Positions 1 through 12,177 are shown, numbered from the stretch's first letter. The stretch: 64,000 nucleotides of DNA from Escherichia coli (GCF_044647545.1 NZ_CP172818.1), one strand, 5' to 3'. Notes: generated from the letters alone by a model not told the origin. A program made the numbers and translations.

Positions 1-1463
1 GCCTGATGGAAGCCAACCCGAACGCCGGGATCATTCAGTCGTCGCCGAAAGCGTCCGGTATGGATACGCTGTATGCGCGCTGTCAGCAGTTCGCGACCCG
101 CGTGTATGGGCCACTGTTTACAGCCGGTTTGCACTTCTGGCAACTTGGCGAGTCGCACTACTGGGGACATAACGCGATTATCCGCGTGAAACCGTTTATC
201 GAGCACTGCGCACTGGCTCCGCTGCCGGGCGAAGGTTCCTTTGCCGGTTCAATCCTGTCACATGACTTCGTGGAAGCGGCGTTGATGCGCCGTGCAGGTT
301 GGGGAGTCTGGATTGCTTACGATCTCCCGGGTTCTTATGAAGAATTACCGCCTAACTTGCTTGATGAGCTAAAACGTGACCGCCGCTGGTGCCACGGTAA
401 CCTGATGAACTTCCGTCTGTTCCTGGTCAAGGGTATGCACCCGGTTCACCGTGCGGTGTTCCTGACGGGCGTGATGTCTTATCTCTCCGCTCCGTTGTGG
501 TTTATGTTCCTCGCGCTCTCTACTGCATTGCAGGTAGTGCATGCGTTGACCGAACCGCAATACTTCCTGCAACCACGGCAGTTGTTCCCGGTGTGGCCGC
601 AGTGGCGTCCTGAGCTGGCGATTGCACTTTTTGCTTCGACCATGGTGCTGTTGTTCCTGCCAAAGCTATTGAGCATTTTGCTTATTTGGTGCAAAGGAAC
701 GAAAGAATATGGCGGCTTCTGGCGCGTTACATTATCGTTGCTGCTGGAAGTGCTGTTTTCCGTGCTGCTGGCTCCGGTACGCATGCTGTTCCATACGGTT
801 TTCGTCGTCAGCGCGTTCCTTGGCTGGGAAGTGGTGTGGAATTCACCGCAGCGTGATGATGACTCCACTTCCTGGGGTGAAGCGTTCAAACGCCACGGCT
901 CACAGCTGCTGTTAGGGTTAGTGTGGGCTGTTGGGATGGCGTGGCTGGATCTGCGTTTCCTGTTCTGGCTGGCTCCGATTGTCTTCTCGTTGATCCTGTC
1001 ACCGTTTGTTTCGGTGATTTCCAGCCGTGCCACCGTTGGTCTGCGCACCAAACGCTGGAAACTGTTCCTGATCCCGGAAGAGTATTCACCGCCGCAGGTG
1101 CTGGTTGATACCGATCGGTTCCTTGAGATGAACCGTCAACGCTCCCTTGATGATGGTTTTATGCACGCAGTGTTTAACCCGTCATTCAACGCTCTGGCAA
1201 CCGCAATGGCGACCGCGCGTCACCGCGCCAGTAAGGTGCTGGAAATCGCCCGTGACCGCCACGTTGAACAGGCGCTGAACGAGACGCCAGAGAAGCTGAA
1301 TCGCGATCGTCGCCTGGTGCTGCTAAGCGATCCGGTGACGATGGCCCGTCTGCATTTCCGCGTCTGGAATTCCCCTGAGAGATATTCTTCATGGGTGAGT
1401 TATTACGAAGGGATAAAGCTCAATCCACTGGCATTGCGTAAACCGGATGCGGCTTCGCAATAA
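1..1463 (+). CDS. opgH: Glucans biosynthesis glucosyltransferase H (OpgH/MdoH), C-terminal part; 5' end lies outside window
   Basis: ORF 6..1463 is open to the window edge with no start; hydrophobic multi-TM C-terminal translation recognised as OpgH; followed by REP elements and a terminator. Confidence 0.93.
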   Translation, partial: LMEANPNAGIIQSSPKASGMDTLYARCQQFATRVYGPLFTAGLHFWQLGESHYWGHNAIIRVKPFIEHCALAPLPGEGSFAGSILSHDFVEAALMRRAGWGVWIAYDLPGSYEELPPNLLDELKRDRRWCHGNLMNFRLFLVKGMHPVHRAVFLTGVMSYLSAPLWFMFLALSTALQVVHALTEPQYFLQPRQLFPVWPQWRPELAIALFASTMVLLFLPKLLSILLIWCKGTKEYGGFWRVTLSLLLEVLFSVLLAPVRMLFHTVFVVSAFLGWEVVWNSPQRDDDSTSWGEAFKRHGSQLLLGLVWAVGMAWLDLRFLFWLAPIVFSLILSPFVSVISSRATVGLRTKRWKLFLIPEEYSPPQVLVDTDRFLEMNRQRSLDDGFMHAVFNPSFNALATAMATARHRASKVLEIARDRHVEQALNETPEKLNRDRRLVLLSDPVTMARLHFRVWNSPERYSSWVSYYEGIKLNPLALRKPDAASQ

Positions 1464-1473
1464 AAACGTAGTT

Positions 1474-1571
1474 GCCTGATGCGCTACGCTTATCAGGCCT
1501 ACATCGCTCCTGCAATGTATTGATTTTGCAAGATTTTGTGGGTCGGATAAGGCGTTCACGCCACATCTGGC
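1474..1571. repeat. REP (repetitive extragenic palindromic) elements downstream of opgH
   Basis: Imperfect palindromes of the gcctgatgcg...cttatcaggc and ggataaggcgttcacgcc type, typical REP/BIME units. Confidence 0.7.
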
Positions 1572-1593
1572 AAAAACAACGAGCCAATAAAAA

Positions 1594-1619
1594 TACCGGC
1601 GTTATGCCGGTATTTTTTT
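1594..1619 (+). terminator. Rho-independent terminator after opgH
   Basis: Perfect 7-bp stem taccggc/gccggta with 5-nt loop followed by T7 run. Confidence 0.75.
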
Positions 1620-1635
1620 ACGGAAGAGGTATCAA

Positions 1636-1863
1636 ATGCGTTTAATTGTGGTGAGCATCATGGTGACCTTGCTGAGTGGCTGTGGCAGCATTATTAGTCG
1701 CACTATACCGGGGCAGGGGCATGGCAACCAATATTATCCCGGTGTGCAATGGGATGTGCGTGACTCCGCCTGGCGTTATGTCACGATCCTTGATCTGCCA
1801 TTCTCCCTGGTTTTTGATACTTTACTGCTGCCGATCGACATTCATCATGGCCCGTATGAGTAA
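1636..1863 (+). CDS. yceK: Lipoprotein YceK
   Basis: 75-aa ORF, ATG at 1636 after AGAGG RBS; lipobox LLSGC at N-terminus. Confidence 0.9.
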   Translation: MRLIVVSIMVTLLSGCGSIISRTIPGQGHGNQYYPGVQWDVRDSAWRYVTILDLPFSLVFDTLLLPIDIHHGPYE

Positions 1864-2238
1864 TTAACGTTCATCCCACTCATCAGCTGCTGCGCGTCCT
1901 TCCTCAGTATCCAGCGGTGGCTCAAGCTGAAATTCCCCCTCATCCCATTCATGTAATGTATTCTCTTCCTGCCACTCCTGGCGGATCTCTATCTCATCAT
2001 AGTCGCCATCAAAGACACTTTGCGCGGCTTCACCGCTAAGCATAGGTAAACATTCACCTTCTTCCCCTTCGTCGGCAAAAAACTCAACTTGCCACATGAT
2101 GTCGCCGTCCTGCAAAACGTATTTTTGGGCATTGAACTGTTGCACATTCGCATCTTCGGCGTCGATGCCGGGGTTGTCTGCAAGAAATTCTTCGCGTGCA
2201 GCGTCAATGGCTTCTTCAAGCGTTGCGTACATGGTCAT
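1864..2238 (-). CDS. msyB: Acidic protein MsyB
   Basis: Highly acidic 124-aa product; track ORF begins at GTG 2241, ATG at 2238 sits 8 nt after GGGAGAA RBS; convergent with yceK. Confidence 0.9.
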   Translation of the reverse strand: MTMYATLEEAIDAAREEFLADNPGIDAEDANVQQFNAQKYVLQDGDIMWQVEFFADEGEEGECLPMLSGEAAQSVFDGDYDEIEIRQEWQEENTLHEWDEGEFQLEPPLDTEEGRAAADEWDER

Positions 2239-2320
2239 CACGATTCTCCCTTTGAGTTGATGAGGTTTCAGGGAAAAGGATAGCTGATTCTCCGCTTTTG
2301 CAAGTATGAAAGGCGAAAAA

Positions 2321-3547
2321 TCAGTTCGATACCTGGGGTATTCGACGACGACGTAGACTGTTCCATGAATAGACTGCGTTGAATAACACGACGCCAGCGG
2401 TGACGAGAAATACCGCTCTGAAACCGTAGTTCGCTGAAATCGCTGCTCCCATCAATGGTCCGGTAACGTTGCCAATATCACGGAACGATTGGTTATAGCT
2501 GAAGATACGCCCGGCGATCTGGTTGCTCGAGTTATAAACTAACAGTGTCTGTACGGCGGGGAGTAGTGCACCATCGGCGGCACCGAGCAAAAAACGTAAA
2601 ATCCCAAGTTGTAATGGCGTCTGAACGTAAGACATTGGGATCAATAGCAGTACAGAAAAGATCAGCGCCGTAATCAGGATCTTTTCGGGTCCGATTCGAT
2701 CGCCAAGTTTGCCGAGTCGTGGTGCACTCAGCAGAGCCGCCACGCCTGGCACCGAGGCGATCATGCCACTGATAAAGGCAACGTTACTGACGTTACCCGC
2801 CAGTTCGCGGACATACAGCGTCAGAATGGGGGCAATTGAGCCCGTCGCCACCTGGATGATTAACGTAGTGACAAACAGGCTGAGTACCAGTTTCGGGTTT
2901 TTAAGTGATGTCACCACTTCCCGCATGTGCAGCATCTCTTTTTTGCTGACCGGCTGGAATTTTTCTCTGATGCAAAACAGGGTGACGAAAAAGCAGAGTA
3001 TGAGCACACTGGCGGTAATAAAGAATACCGGACGTAAGCCGTAGCTATCGGCGAGCAAACCGCCAGCCATTGGGCCGAGCAACGCGCCGCTAACGCCGCC
3101 TGTGGAGAGCGTACCCAGCGCCCAGCCGCTTTTATTACGCGGTACTTGTGTGGCGATAAGAGCATTAGCGTTGGGAACAAATCCGCCAAGTAACCCAAGA
3201 AGCGCCCGCAGGATCAAAAACTGCCAGATATTTTGTGCCAGCCCCATCAACACCATCACGATGCCCATGCCGAGGGCAGAGCGTAATAGCATGAGTTTTC
3301 GGCCTTTACGGTCGGCGAGTCCACCCCAAAACGGTGAGGCGATGGCCGAAAATAAAAATGTAATGCTGAAGACAATACCGGACCACATATTCAGGGCGGA
3401 GTGGCCGGTAACGCCAAGCTGCTCAACGTAGAGGGGTAAGAAGGGCATTACCAGGCTGAAGGCGGCACCGGTAAGAAAACAGCCTAGCCAGGCGACGATC
3501 AGGTTTCGTTTCCAGTTTATAGGGGTGTCATTTTCACAGGGTGACAT
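2321..3547 (-). CDS. mdtG: MFS multidrug efflux transporter MdtG (YceE)
   Basis: 408-aa ORF, 12-TM MFS pattern, sequence recognised as MdtG. Confidence 0.95.
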
Positions 3548-3718
3548 AGCAATCCGCTGTTGGTGCGCCAGGCGCGGTGAACATAAGAAGAAAAGATAAG
3601 CACACTAATTATGCGCCCGACTTCCAGGGGGCGCAATCCAGAGAGCTTTTATCGCTAAATCAGGGGGATTTTCTGTGGTAATGCCGGATGCCATTCTGAA
3701 GCATCCAGCATGGAAGAT

Positions 3719-4639
3719 TTAATAGCGTGAAGGAACGCCTTCCGGGCGTGTTTTAAAGCGACGGTGTAACCACATATACTGCTCTGGTGCCATCATGATG
3801 CATTTTTCGACCACTTTGTTCATCCACGCGGCGGTAGTTTCGGCATCATCCAGCGGCGGAGAACACTCTGGCGGCAGTATAATCAACTGATACCCTTTGC
3901 CATCTGGCTTACGGCGTGGAACGAAGGGCACCAGACATGCGCCGGACATCCGTGACAGCATCCAGGTTCCGGTCGTGGTCGCAGCCTGCTCAACGGCAAA
4001 CAACGGGACGAAAACGCTTGAGCGCGGGCCGTAATCATGATCCGGTGCGTACCAGACCACTTCGCCTTTTTTCAGGGCTTTAATCATGCCTTTTAAATCT
4101 TTGCGGTCGAGCATCGATTTATTTGAGCGCAAACGGCCCCAGGTTTGTAGCCAGTCAATCAGTGGATTATCGTTCGGGCGGTAAACGCCAATCCCCGGTT
4201 CCTGCATACCAAACTGCCGCGCACCCAGCTCCAGTGTCAGAAAATGGATGCCAACTAACAGGATGCCGCGTTTTTGCGCCTGCACGTCACGAATGTGTTC
4301 CATGCCGATCACTTCCGTCCAGCGGGCGATTCGGCGGTCCGGCCAGAACCACGCCATGCCGGTTTCCATCAGGCCCATGCCAACGGATTCGAAATTCTTC
4401 ACCACCATTTTACGGCGTTCTTGTTCGCTCATTTCCGGGAAGCACAGTTCCAGGTTGCGATGCACAATTTTTGCGCGTCGTTTCATAAAACGTAACGCCA
4501 GTTTTCCTAATCCACAACCGAGGCGGTAGATAACCGGGTAGGGCAATTGCACGACCAACCAAAGTACGCCAATACCCAACCAGGTTAACCAATAACGCGG
4601 ATGAAGCAGTGCGGTGGAGAACTTGGGTAGATTCGTCAT
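3719..4639 (-). CDS. lpxL: Lipid A biosynthesis lauroyl acyltransferase LpxL (HtrB)
   Basis: Track ORF 3719..4702 is N-terminally extended; known N-terminus MTNLPKF corresponds to ATG at 4639 (cat at 4637-4639 on plus strand); 306 aa. Confidence 0.93.
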   Translation of the reverse strand: MTNLPKFSTALLHPRYWLTWLGIGVLWLVVQLPYPVIYRLGCGLGKLALRFMKRRAKIVHRNLELCFPEMSEQERRKMVVKNFESVGMGLMETGMAWFWPDRRIARWTEVIGMEHIRDVQAQKRGILLVGIHFLTLELGARQFGMQEPGIGVYRPNDNPLIDWLQTWGRLRSNKSMLDRKDLKGMIKALKKGEVVWYAPDHDYGPRSSVFVPLFAVEQAATTTGTWMLSRMSGACLVPFVPRRKPDGKGYQLIILPPECSPPLDDAETTAAWMNKVVEKCIMMAPEQYMWLHRRFKTRPEGVPSRY

Positions 4640-4863
4640 ATCAATCCTGTTTTTCAACCTATACGGGCAATTGTATGTATTGTCGCATTTTTTCGTCCGC
4701 AACCAAAATTTGTGACTGAAGACTGGGCGAAATTGCCGCGCTTGTAAATAACAAATAATTTTTAATGCTAAAATGTAGCGTAAAATGTGTGGATGTTAAT
4801 TATCGATAATTGCTATATCATGCCGCGGATTTTTACTTTCCCATCTCGCAGGAACCGTACACC

Positions 4864-5916
4864 ATGCCAGTGTTACACAACCGCATTTCCAACGACGCGT
4901 TAAAAGCCAAAATGTTGGCTGAGAGCGAACCGCGAACCACCATTTCGTTTTATAAGTATTTCCACATCGCCGATCCTAAGGCGACCCGTGACGCTTTATA
5001 TCAGCTGTTTACCGCGCTGAATGTTTTTGGGCGAGTGTATCTGGCGCATGAGGGCATTAACGCGCAAATCAGCGTACCTGAGAGCAATGTTGAAACATTT
5101 CGCGCGCAGCTTTATGCCTTCGACCCGGCTTTAGAGGGCTTACGCCTGAATATCGCGTTGGATGATGACGGGAAATCCTTCTGGGTACTGCGCATGAAGG
5201 TCCGCGATCGTATCGTTGCCGACGGTATTGACGATCCTCACTTTGATGCCAGCAATGTGGGTGAGTATCTGCAAGCGGCGGAAGTGAACGCCATGCTTGA
5301 CGATCCCGATGCATTGTTTATCGACATGCGTAACCACTATGAGTATGAAGTGGGGCACTTTGAAAACGCGCTGGAAATTCCGGCAGATACCTTCCGTGAG
5401 CAGCTGCCAAAAGCAGTCGAGATGATGCAGGCACATAAAGATAAAAAAATCGTTATGTACTGCACCGGCGGCATTCGTTGTGAAAAGGCCAGTGCCTGGA
5501 TGAAACATAACGGATTCAATAAAGTCTGGCATATCGAGGGCGGAATTATTGAATACGCCCGCAAGGCGCGCGAGCAGGGTTTACCGGTACGTTTTATTGG
5601 CAAAAATTTTGTTTTTGACGAGCGGATGGGCGAACGTATATCTGATGAGATTATCGCGCATTGCCACCAGTGCGGTGCGCCGTGCGACAGCCATACCAAC
5701 TGTAAAAATGATGGCTGCCACCTGCTTTTTATTCAGTGTCCAGTATGTGCGGAAAAATACAAAGGTTGTTGTAGTGAGATTTGCTGCGAAGAAAGCGCGT
5801 TACCGCCTGAAGAACAGCGACGCCGTCGGGCAGGACGTGAAAATGGCAATAAGATCTTTAATAAGTCTCGTGGACGTCTGAATACAACACTGGGCATTCC
5901 TGATCCAACAGAATAA
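4864..5916 (+). CDS. trhO: tRNA uridine(34) hydroxylase TrhO (YceA), rhodanese-domain protein
   Basis: Track ORF 4810..5916 trimmed to ATG 4864 (MPVLHNRIS); rhodanese active-site CTGGIRCE motif and C-terminal Cys cluster; divergent from lpxL. Confidence 0.92.
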   Translation: MPVLHNRISNDALKAKMLAESEPRTTISFYKYFHIADPKATRDALYQLFTALNVFGRVYLAHEGINAQISVPESNVETFRAQLYAFDPALEGLRLNIALDDDGKSFWVLRMKVRDRIVADGIDDPHFDASNVGEYLQAAEVNAMLDDPDALFIDMRNHYEYEVGHFENALEIPADTFREQLPKAVEMMQAHKDKKIVMYCTGGIRCEKASAWMKHNGFNKVWHIEGGIIEYARKAREQGLPVRFIGKNFVFDERMGERISDEIIAHCHQCGAPCDSHTNCKNDGCHLLFIQCPVCAEKYKGCCSEICCEESALPPEEQRRRRAGRENGNKIFNKSRGRLNTTLGIPDPTE

Positions 5917-5957
5917 ATATCATTGCCGGATGCGTGCCATCCGGCAACATTTCACTC

Positions 5958-6533
5958 TTACTTCTGCTGTACGCCTTCCACTGAAATAATCAGATCCACT
6001 TCCTGAGAAGCTGGACCTAAATCTGTTTTGATATTGAAGTCCTTGAGCTTAATTTTGCCTTCGGCCTCGAAGCCTGCACGTTTACCACCCCACGGGTCGT
6101 CGCCTTGACCAATTAATTTCGCTTCCAGCGTGACGGGTTTGGTTACGCCATTCAGCGTCAGATCGCCGGTAATATCCAATTCGTCACCGTCTTTCTTCAC
6201 GCTGGTGGAGGTGAATGTTGCCTGTGGATATTTTGCAGTATTGAGGAAATCTGCACTGCGAAGATGTTTATCGCGTTCGGCGTGATTAGTATCGACGCTG
6301 GTGGTGTTAATTGTCACATTCACTTTATCGGCAGCTGGATTTTTTTCATCAAAGGTAAAAGTACCGTCGAAATCTTTAAAGGTGCCATATAACCAGCTAT
6401 AGCCAAGATGCTGGATGCGGAAGTTAACAAAGGCGTGCTGACCTTCTTTGTCAATTTTGTAATCGGCGGCAACCGCTGAACCGGCAGAGAACATCAAGGA
6501 AGCGAAGGTTAAACCAAGCAGGCTTTTTTTCAT
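5958..6533 (-). CDS. yceI: Periplasmic polyisoprenoid-binding protein YceI
   Basis: 191-aa ORF with signal peptide (AVA-ADY); recognised as YceI. Confidence 0.94.
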
Positions 6534-6536
6534 TTT

Positions 6537-7103
6537 TTATACTCCATAGTCAGATGACGACTTTCCCAGCATGCGCTTCAGAGTGTCGTCTTTATCGATG
6601 AAATGATGCTTCAGGGCCATAAATCCGTGCATAACGGACAGTACTACGACGCTCCACGCGAGCCAAAAATGCAGGGCACCGGCAAAGTCAGCCTGTGCGC
6701 CAGCGTCGGCGAGGGTCGCGGGGACGTCAAACCAGCCAAAAACGCTGATCGGTTTACCATCGGCAGTTGAGATCAGATAGCCGCTGATGCCGATGGCGAA
6801 CAGCAATAGGTACAATGCGAGATGTCCAGCTTTTGCTGCAAGACGAGTTATGGGCGAATAACTCGGCAGCGGACCCGGCGGTGGAGATATGACACGCCAC
6901 AGAACGCGAATAACCAGTCCCATCATTAACAAAATACCGATGCTTTTATGCAGTTCGGGTGCTTTGTGATACCAGCCATCGTAATAACTGAGCGTGACCA
7001 TCCACAGACCTAAAGCAAACATGCCGTAGACAATAATTGCGCTTAGCCAATGGAAGGCCGCAGATATAACACCATAGCGTTCAGGGGTATTTGTGAATGA
7101 CAT
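6537..7103 (-). CDS. yceJ: Cytochrome b561 homolog YceJ
   Basis: Track ORF over-extended; ATG at 7103 gives 188 aa starting MSFTNTPERYG; 4 bp downstream of yceI (operon). Confidence 0.9.
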   Translation of the reverse strand: MSFTNTPERYGVISAAFHWLSAIIVYGMFALGLWMVTLSYYDGWYHKAPELHKSIGILLMMGLVIRVLWRVISPPPGPLPSYSPITRLAAKAGHLALYLLLFAIGISGYLISTADGKPISVFGWFDVPATLADAGAQADFAGALHFWLAWSVVVLSVMHGFMALKHHFIDKDDTLKRMLGKSSSDYGV

Positions 7104-7363
7104 AAGTGCATCCAAAACGACTTTGCGAGAGAAAGAAAATGGCGTGTCGGAGAATGAATTGCAACACAAAAATAACAAATTGAATGATATTTATTTTTAT
7201 TTCAATAATTTTGAATTAATAATGAAAGAATCTTCATAAGTTTAGTGGGTTCAGCTTCAGAGATGTCTGGTGAGTGCTGTTGAAGCAGGAATAATCTCAT
7301 TCAATTTTTCACGCTAAATGAAAGGGAGATTAAATATTTGTCAGTTTATGTCAGTGCGGAAAA

Positions 7364-7504
7364 CTAAAAATAAAACACATAGATCAGATCCATAATTGCC
7401 AACAATCCCCAGAGAAAAAGATAAAGCATCAGATGCTTGCGAATATTATTGATGAGATAGTGCAACAGCCGACGCATTAAATACTCCTGTAAAAACGGCC
7501 TCAT
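7364..7504 (-). CDS. yceO: Small membrane protein YceO (46 aa)
   Basis: Not in ORF track (below 60 aa); manual translation of minus strand gives [46 protein letters not shown] then TAG at 7364-7366. Confidence 0.7.
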   Translation of the reverse strand: MRPFLQEYLMRRLLHYLINNIRKHLMLYLFLWGLLAIMDLIYVFYF

Positions 7505-7524
7505 TCTGGAGGCCGTAATGATGA

Positions 7525-8643
7525 TTATTGGAAGCGGGAAAGCCTGAATGGCGTCAAATCAAAATCGCTTTTTTTGTCTTGCGCAAAATCGGCAGCTATT
7601 TCCCCTAAAACTGACGCAAATTTAAAACCGTGCCCACTCAGGCCGGTAATGAGCAGTGTATTATCGTGGCCGGGTAGGGTATCGATAATAAAATCTTCGT
7701 CAGGCGAATTATCATAGGTGCAGGCAGCGCCGTACAGGCAGCAACCGATACCCGGCAATACATTGCGCAAGAACGGGAAGGCTTCCGAACCATCGCTGAC
7801 CACTTCCGCAAACGGAACACGTTCATCCGCTGAATGGATAACCTGGCCTCCGTTATGTTTGCCAATCTTCAACGCGTCGTTTTCTGCCGGAAAACCATAA
7901 TATTGATCGCCATTGGGCAGTTCACCGGTAAACGCCGGGAATTTATTCTTCACGCTATAGCGACCATCGGCCTGATACCAGGCAAATACTTTGCGTACGG
8001 GCTGGACAGGCAGCTCCGGGAGTAGGTCTTTTACCCATGTTCCCGCGCAGACAATCGCTTTTTTCGCCCGATACTCACCGTCAGCCGTTTCAATAGTTAC
8101 GCCATCATCGTCATGACGAATTGCGGTGACCGGGCAGTTGAACAGCTGCGCACAGCCCGCTTCCTTCGCCAGTTGGATCCAGGTTTTAATCGCCAGTTCG
8201 CTGCGCAAAAAACCAGAATCAGTTTCAAATAAACCGATGTAGTTGTCCGGGACGCGTATTTCTGGCCAGCGGGCCATAATCCCTTGCGCGTCGAGCTTTT
8301 CAACGTTGAGTTGCCACTGTTCGGCGCTGTGGGCGACGTTGGCGAGAAATGCGGAGTCAGCCGGACCGAGGTTAATGACACCAGAGCGTACAAAAATGGG
8401 ATCATCTTCGTTGTGGCGGGAAAGTTCATCCCACAGCATTTGCGCGCGGAGGACCAGCGGGACATACTTTTCACCTTCACCATAAGCATGGCGAATTAAT
8501 CGCGTATCGCCGTGGTGGCTGCCGTGTTGATGTGGTGGCATATGGGCGTCGGTCATAAGCACGTTTAAACCGGCGCGGGTTGCATAATACCCGGCGGCAG
8601 CGCCTATGGAACCGCTGCCAATAATGATGAGATCGTATTTCAT
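7525..8643 (-). CDS. solA: N-methyl-L-tryptophan oxidase SolA
   Basis: 372-aa ORF, N-terminal FAD-binding [10 protein letters not shown] motif; recognised as SolA. Confidence 0.95.
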   Translation of the reverse strand: MKYDLIIIGSGSIGAAAGYYATRAGLNVLMTDAHMPPHQHGSHHGDTRLIRHAYGEGEKYVPLVLRAQMLWDELSRHNEDDPIFVRSGVINLGPADSAFLANVAHSAEQWQLNVEKLDAQGIMARWPEIRVPDNYIGLFETDSGFLRSELAIKTWIQLAKEAGCAQLFNCPVTAIRHDDDGVTIETADGEYRAKKAIVCAGTWVKDLLPELPVQPVRKVFAWYQADGRYSVKNKFPAFTGELPNGDQYYGFPAENDALKIGKHNGGQVIHSADERVPFAEVVSDGSEAFPFLRNVLPGIGCCLYGAACTYDNSPDEDFIIDTLPGHDNTLLITGLSGHGFKFASVLGEIAADFAQDKKSDFDLTPFRLSRFQ

Positions 8644-8757
8644 TTTTTTCTCTCTGCTCTCATGGTTTAAGCAGAGTAATTAACTGAATGCAGATATACA
8701 ACCCAGAAATGGTAAAGGCACCGGTGAGGTGCCTTTTGGGTGGATGGTCATGTCATG

Positions 8758-9012
8758 TTAATGACGCCGATACTCGTTTACCTGGAAATCACCGGATTCA
8801 ATTTTGGCGATTCCTGCTTCTAATATCGAAATAAATTGTCTGGCAACATCAGTGGTTAACCAGAGCGTCTGACCAACTTCAGTCCCTTCCTGCTCGGACT
8901 TATTTGGGGTCTGGTAGTGCAAACGCAACATCAGCGCATCATAGCTATCAACGGTGCTGATGTCCCACCCTACGAGCGGATGAGTCTGAATGACTTCATT
9001 ATTTTTTTCCAT
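8758..9012 (-). CDS. bssS: Biofilm regulator BssS (YceP)
   Basis: Two adjacent ATGs; second (9012) is 5 nt after AGGGGG RBS giving 84 aa MEKNNEVIQ... Confidence 0.9.
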   Translation of the reverse strand: MEKNNEVIQTHPLVGWDISTVDSYDALMLRLHYQTPNKSEQEGTEVGQTLWLTTDVARQFISILEAGIAKIESGDFQVNEYRRH

Positions 9013-9253
9013 CATGGCCCCCTAATTCGTGTTACTAGACAACGTTATTCGAGGTTCAATGCGTTTTTATCTGAAGCAACTTCAGTATACCAATAAGTAA
9101 GGGTATTCACCGAATTTTTAAAGGGGGGAACAGATAAATTTCTGCTTTTAAGATTTATATGAACAATAAAACAGCATGTCATTCATATTTTTTTAGCATA
9201 TTGTGCAATTATTTTGAGGAAGTGTAGAAATTTTGTACTCACAATTCGCAAGT

Positions 9254-9280
9254 AAAATAAAAAAGCCGGGGCGACCCGGC
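9254..9280 (-). terminator. Rho-independent terminator downstream of dinI
   Basis: Hairpin gccggg-gcga-cccggc followed on minus strand by T-run (plus-strand A-run 9256-9264). Confidence 0.65.
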
Positions 9281-9301
9281 AAAAACAAAAATCACTGCAT
9301 A

Positions 9302-9547
9302 TTATTCGCTGACAAACCAGTCATCGGCGCTTTCCCACGTTTCCTGGAGAATTTCGCTAATGCGCTGTTTATCTTCTTTTGTCGCGCCAATAACCGATAA
9401 ATTATTTGCTGCGGCATAACGTACCGATACGTGGCCTTCATTATCAGGAAACGCATACTGAATACGGCGGGAAAGTTCGCCAGCCAGGGCGTCAATAGCC
9501 CCAGCTGGCAATGGAGAAGTTTTCGCTATGGTGACTTCAATTCGCAT
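9302..9547 (-). CDS. dinI: DNA damage-inducible protein I (DinI)
   Basis: Track ORF 9302..9679 over-extended; ATG at 9547 (MRIEVTIAK...) 6 nt after GGGGG RBS; 81 aa. Confidence 0.93.
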   Translation of the reverse strand: MRIEVTIAKTSPLPAGAIDALAGELSRRIQYAFPDNEGHVSVRYAAANNLSVIGATKEDKQRISEILQETWESADDWFVSE

Positions 9548-9568
9548 AATAGCCCCCTGTTGAATATA

Positions 9569-9584
9569 CTGGTTATTTATACAG
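9569..9584 (-). promoter_or_regulatory. LexA operator (SOS box) of dinI
   Basis: Minus strand reads CTGTATAAATAACCAG (CTG-N10-CAG) about 22 nt upstream of dinI start. Confidence 0.85.
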
Positions 9585-9620
9585 GTAAAATAACCTAATG
9601 ACAACAGGAAGCTACGATTT

Positions 9621-10667
9621 TTATTGTTTAACGGACCAGCGTACCGTTTCCCCAGCGAGGAATGGCACCAGGGTGTCATCAGTCAGTGCGATGCTTTCAG
9701 CAACCTGTTGCTCTTCACGTACCAGTTCGATGAATGTGTCGTTGACCGGCAAGCCATAGAACTGCGGGCCGTTTACAGAACAGAATGCTTCAAAGTGCTG
9801 CAAAGCATTCATCTCTTCAAAGACGGTAGCGTAACTGCCCAGCGCGGTTGGGGCGTTGAAGCAGCCCGCGCAGCCGCAGCTGCTCTCTTTGCGATGACGT
9901 GCATGTGGCGCAGAATCCGTTCCGAGGAATACACGATTAAAACCGCTGGCGACCAGTTCACGCAATGCCTGTTGGTGGATATTGCGTTTGAGGATGGGTA
10001 GACAATACAGGTGCGGACGCACGCCACCAACCAGCATATGGTTGCGGTTAAACATCAGATGCTGCGGAGTGATGGTGGCAGCCAGCCGTTCATTTCCGTC
10101 ACGGACATAGTCGGCAGCATCTTTGGTGGTGATGTGCTCAAAAACGACTTTCAGCGCAGTCAGACGCTGGCGTAGCGGTTCCATCACGCTTTCTATAAAG
10201 CGCGCTTCACGATCAAAAATGTCGATATCTGCATGTGTCACTTCACCATGCACCAGTAGCGGCATACCGATTTTTTCCATGCGCTCTAATACCGGCATGA
10301 TTGCGTCAACTGACGTCACGCCGTGACTGGAGTTAGTGGTTGCGTTTGCCGGGTAAAGTTTTGCAGCGGTGAACACGCCTTCGTTAAATCCGCGCTCCAG
10401 CTCATTCGGATCCAGCGAATCTGTTAAATAACAGGTCATCAATGGGGTGAAATCGTGCCCGGCAGGTACGGCGTCAAGAATACGCTGGCGATACGCCACG
10501 GCAGCCTCAACGGTGGTCACGGGCGGAGCCAGATTGGGCATTACGATAGCCCGTCCATAAATTTCGCTGGTATACGGCACGACAGTTTTTAACATGTCGC
10601 CATCGCGGAGGTGAAGGTGCCAGTCGTCTGGGCGGCGGATCTTTAATACCTGGGATGGTGCAGTCAT
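9621..10667 (-). CDS. pyrC: Dihydroorotase PyrC
   Basis: 348-aa ORF, HxH metal-binding start (DWHLHLRDG); recognised as PyrC. Confidence 0.96.
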   Translation of the reverse strand: MTAPSQVLKIRRPDDWHLHLRDGDMLKTVVPYTSEIYGRAIVMPNLAPPVTTVEAAVAYRQRILDAVPAGHDFTPLMTCYLTDSLDPNELERGFNEGVFTAAKLYPANATTNSSHGVTSVDAIMPVLERMEKIGMPLLVHGEVTHADIDIFDREARFIESVMEPLRQRLTALKVVFEHITTKDAADYVRDGNERLAATITPQHLMFNRNHMLVGGVRPHLYCLPILKRNIHQQALRELVASGFNRVFLGTDSAPHARHRKESSCGCAGCFNAPTALGSYATVFEEMNALQHFEAFCSVNGPQFYGLPVNDTFIELVREEQQVAESIALTDDTLVPFLAGETVRWSVKQ

Positions 10668-10772
10668 TAATCTCTATGCTCCGGCTGAAGGGATGTTTTT
10701 GCCGGACACAAAGGATAAGCGGAAACGTTTTCCTTTGCACGAAAAATAAAGGGCGCGAATGCGCCCTCGTGA

Positions 10773-11333
10773 TTAATCCGTAAACGGAATGACAATTTCG
10801 CCTGGCTTCACTTCAATGCCTTTCGCCAGTTTCTTCGCCATTGCTTCGCCCTGGCTGCCATCTTCGCGCAGGACGTAAGCAGGTTGCTGGTTAAAGTAAT
10901 TGCGTAATGCCTGGTTCAAATAGGGGAGCAACGTTTGCATCACCGTTTGCATTTTTTCCGGTTGTACCGTCGCATCGACCACTTCCATCTCTTTCAGGAA
11001 GATCGCACCTTTTTCTTTATCAAACACGGGCAGCGCTTTCAGCTTCAGTTTCATGGTCGCTTTCTGGCTACCGAACAGGGAGTTCATGTCCAGATTGGCG
11101 TCTCCGGTTAGGGTAACCTTATTCGGCTCTTCGCGACCAATTTGGCTGGTCAGGTTTGTCAGAACAATATGGGCGTCAGCCACGCCGGGTAAACCGATAT
11201 CTTTTGAGAAATTATTATGTTTCGCAAGCGACTGGTTAATTTCTTGTTCGGTGATGGTGTATTGGGTGAGTTGATTACAGCCAACGAGCAGGCCACTGAC
11301 GATCAATGCAGCGGCAAATAAAAACTTGTTCAT
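10773..11333 (-). CDS. yceB: Lipoprotein YceB (DUF1439)
   Basis: Track ORF 10773..11534 over-extended; ATG at 11333 gives 186 aa MNKFLFAAALIVSGLLVGC with lipobox. Confidence 0.9.
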   Translation of the reverse strand: MNKFLFAAALIVSGLLVGCNQLTQYTITEQEINQSLAKHNNFSKDIGLPGVADAHIVLTNLTSQIGREEPNKVTLTGDANLDMNSLFGSQKATMKLKLKALPVFDKEKGAIFLKEMEVVDATVQPEKMQTVMQTLLPYLNQALRNYFNQQPAYVLREDGSQGEAMAKKLAKGIEVKPGEIVIPFTD

Positions 11334-11466
11334 GGTAGTCCTCGACATGAAATCTGCGTCAATATCCTGACACAACGCAGCATGTGTCACCAGCGATAAA
11401 CGCGCCAGCAGAAAAAACTGAAAACGGCGGCAACCCGCGAATACAGGCTGCCGCGGCGGGTCAGGA

Positions 11467-12114
11467 TTAAATCGCCATTGATGATAACAAATTGATTTGT
11501 GTCTGTTTCGCCATATTATCGCGGTAATCAGCAACGCGGCTTGGCCAGTTAATTCCGGCTACCAGCGTCAGATTACGCAGGAGCGGAAATAGCTGAATAT
11601 CATCTTCCGAAAGTTCGCCATTCACGGCGTTCGGTTTGACGATCAGTTTGTCCAGCGCACGTAAATCATCGCTGATATTCTTAATCAGACCGTCAGAGTG
11701 GGCCAGCAGGTCGGCAAAATTACCCGCGCTGGCCTCTTTCTTGTCGACGAAATATTTGCGCGCGGCAGGAGTAGAAAACTCATCAAATGCCGATTTGGCA
11801 AAACGCGGCAACAGCAGTTTGTTGGCGTAGCCATTGACCTTGCGCAGCCATTCTTCAATGGCAGGGGAACGTTTGCCGGTCAGTAACGGTTTGCCGTCGA
11901 GTTTATCGACATAGTGAACGATGTCCATGCTTTCTGGCATATAGCGGCTGTCATCTTTTTGCAGAATGGGAACCTGTTTTTGACCGACCATCCGGGTGGG
12001 TGTTTCTGCGTCGTCGTTGAGTAGAACATGTAATTCGACGGGGATATTTTTCAGGCCGAAAATCATGCGGGCTTTGAGGCAGTAAGGGCAGTGATCGTAA
12101 ATGAATAGCTTCAC
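11467..12114 (-). CDS. grxB: Glutaredoxin 2 (GrxB)
   Basis: 215-aa ORF with CPYC active site at residues 9-12. Confidence 0.95.
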   Translation of the reverse strand: MKLFIYDHCPYCLKARMIFGLKNIPVELHVLLNDDAETPTRMVGQKQVPILQKDDSRYMPESMDIVHYVDKLDGKPLLTGKRSPAIEEWLRKVNGYANKLLLPRFAKSAFDEFSTPAARKYFVDKKEASAGNFADLLAHSDGLIKNISDDLRALDKLIVKPNAVNGELSEDDIQLFPLLRNLTLVAGINWPSRVADYRDNMAKQTQINLLSSMAI

Positions 12115-12177
12115 GTGACTCCTCCATTTGGCTGTCAGTTCACTTTCAGTATGGAGGAGTCAGGGGGGAGTATCAAA

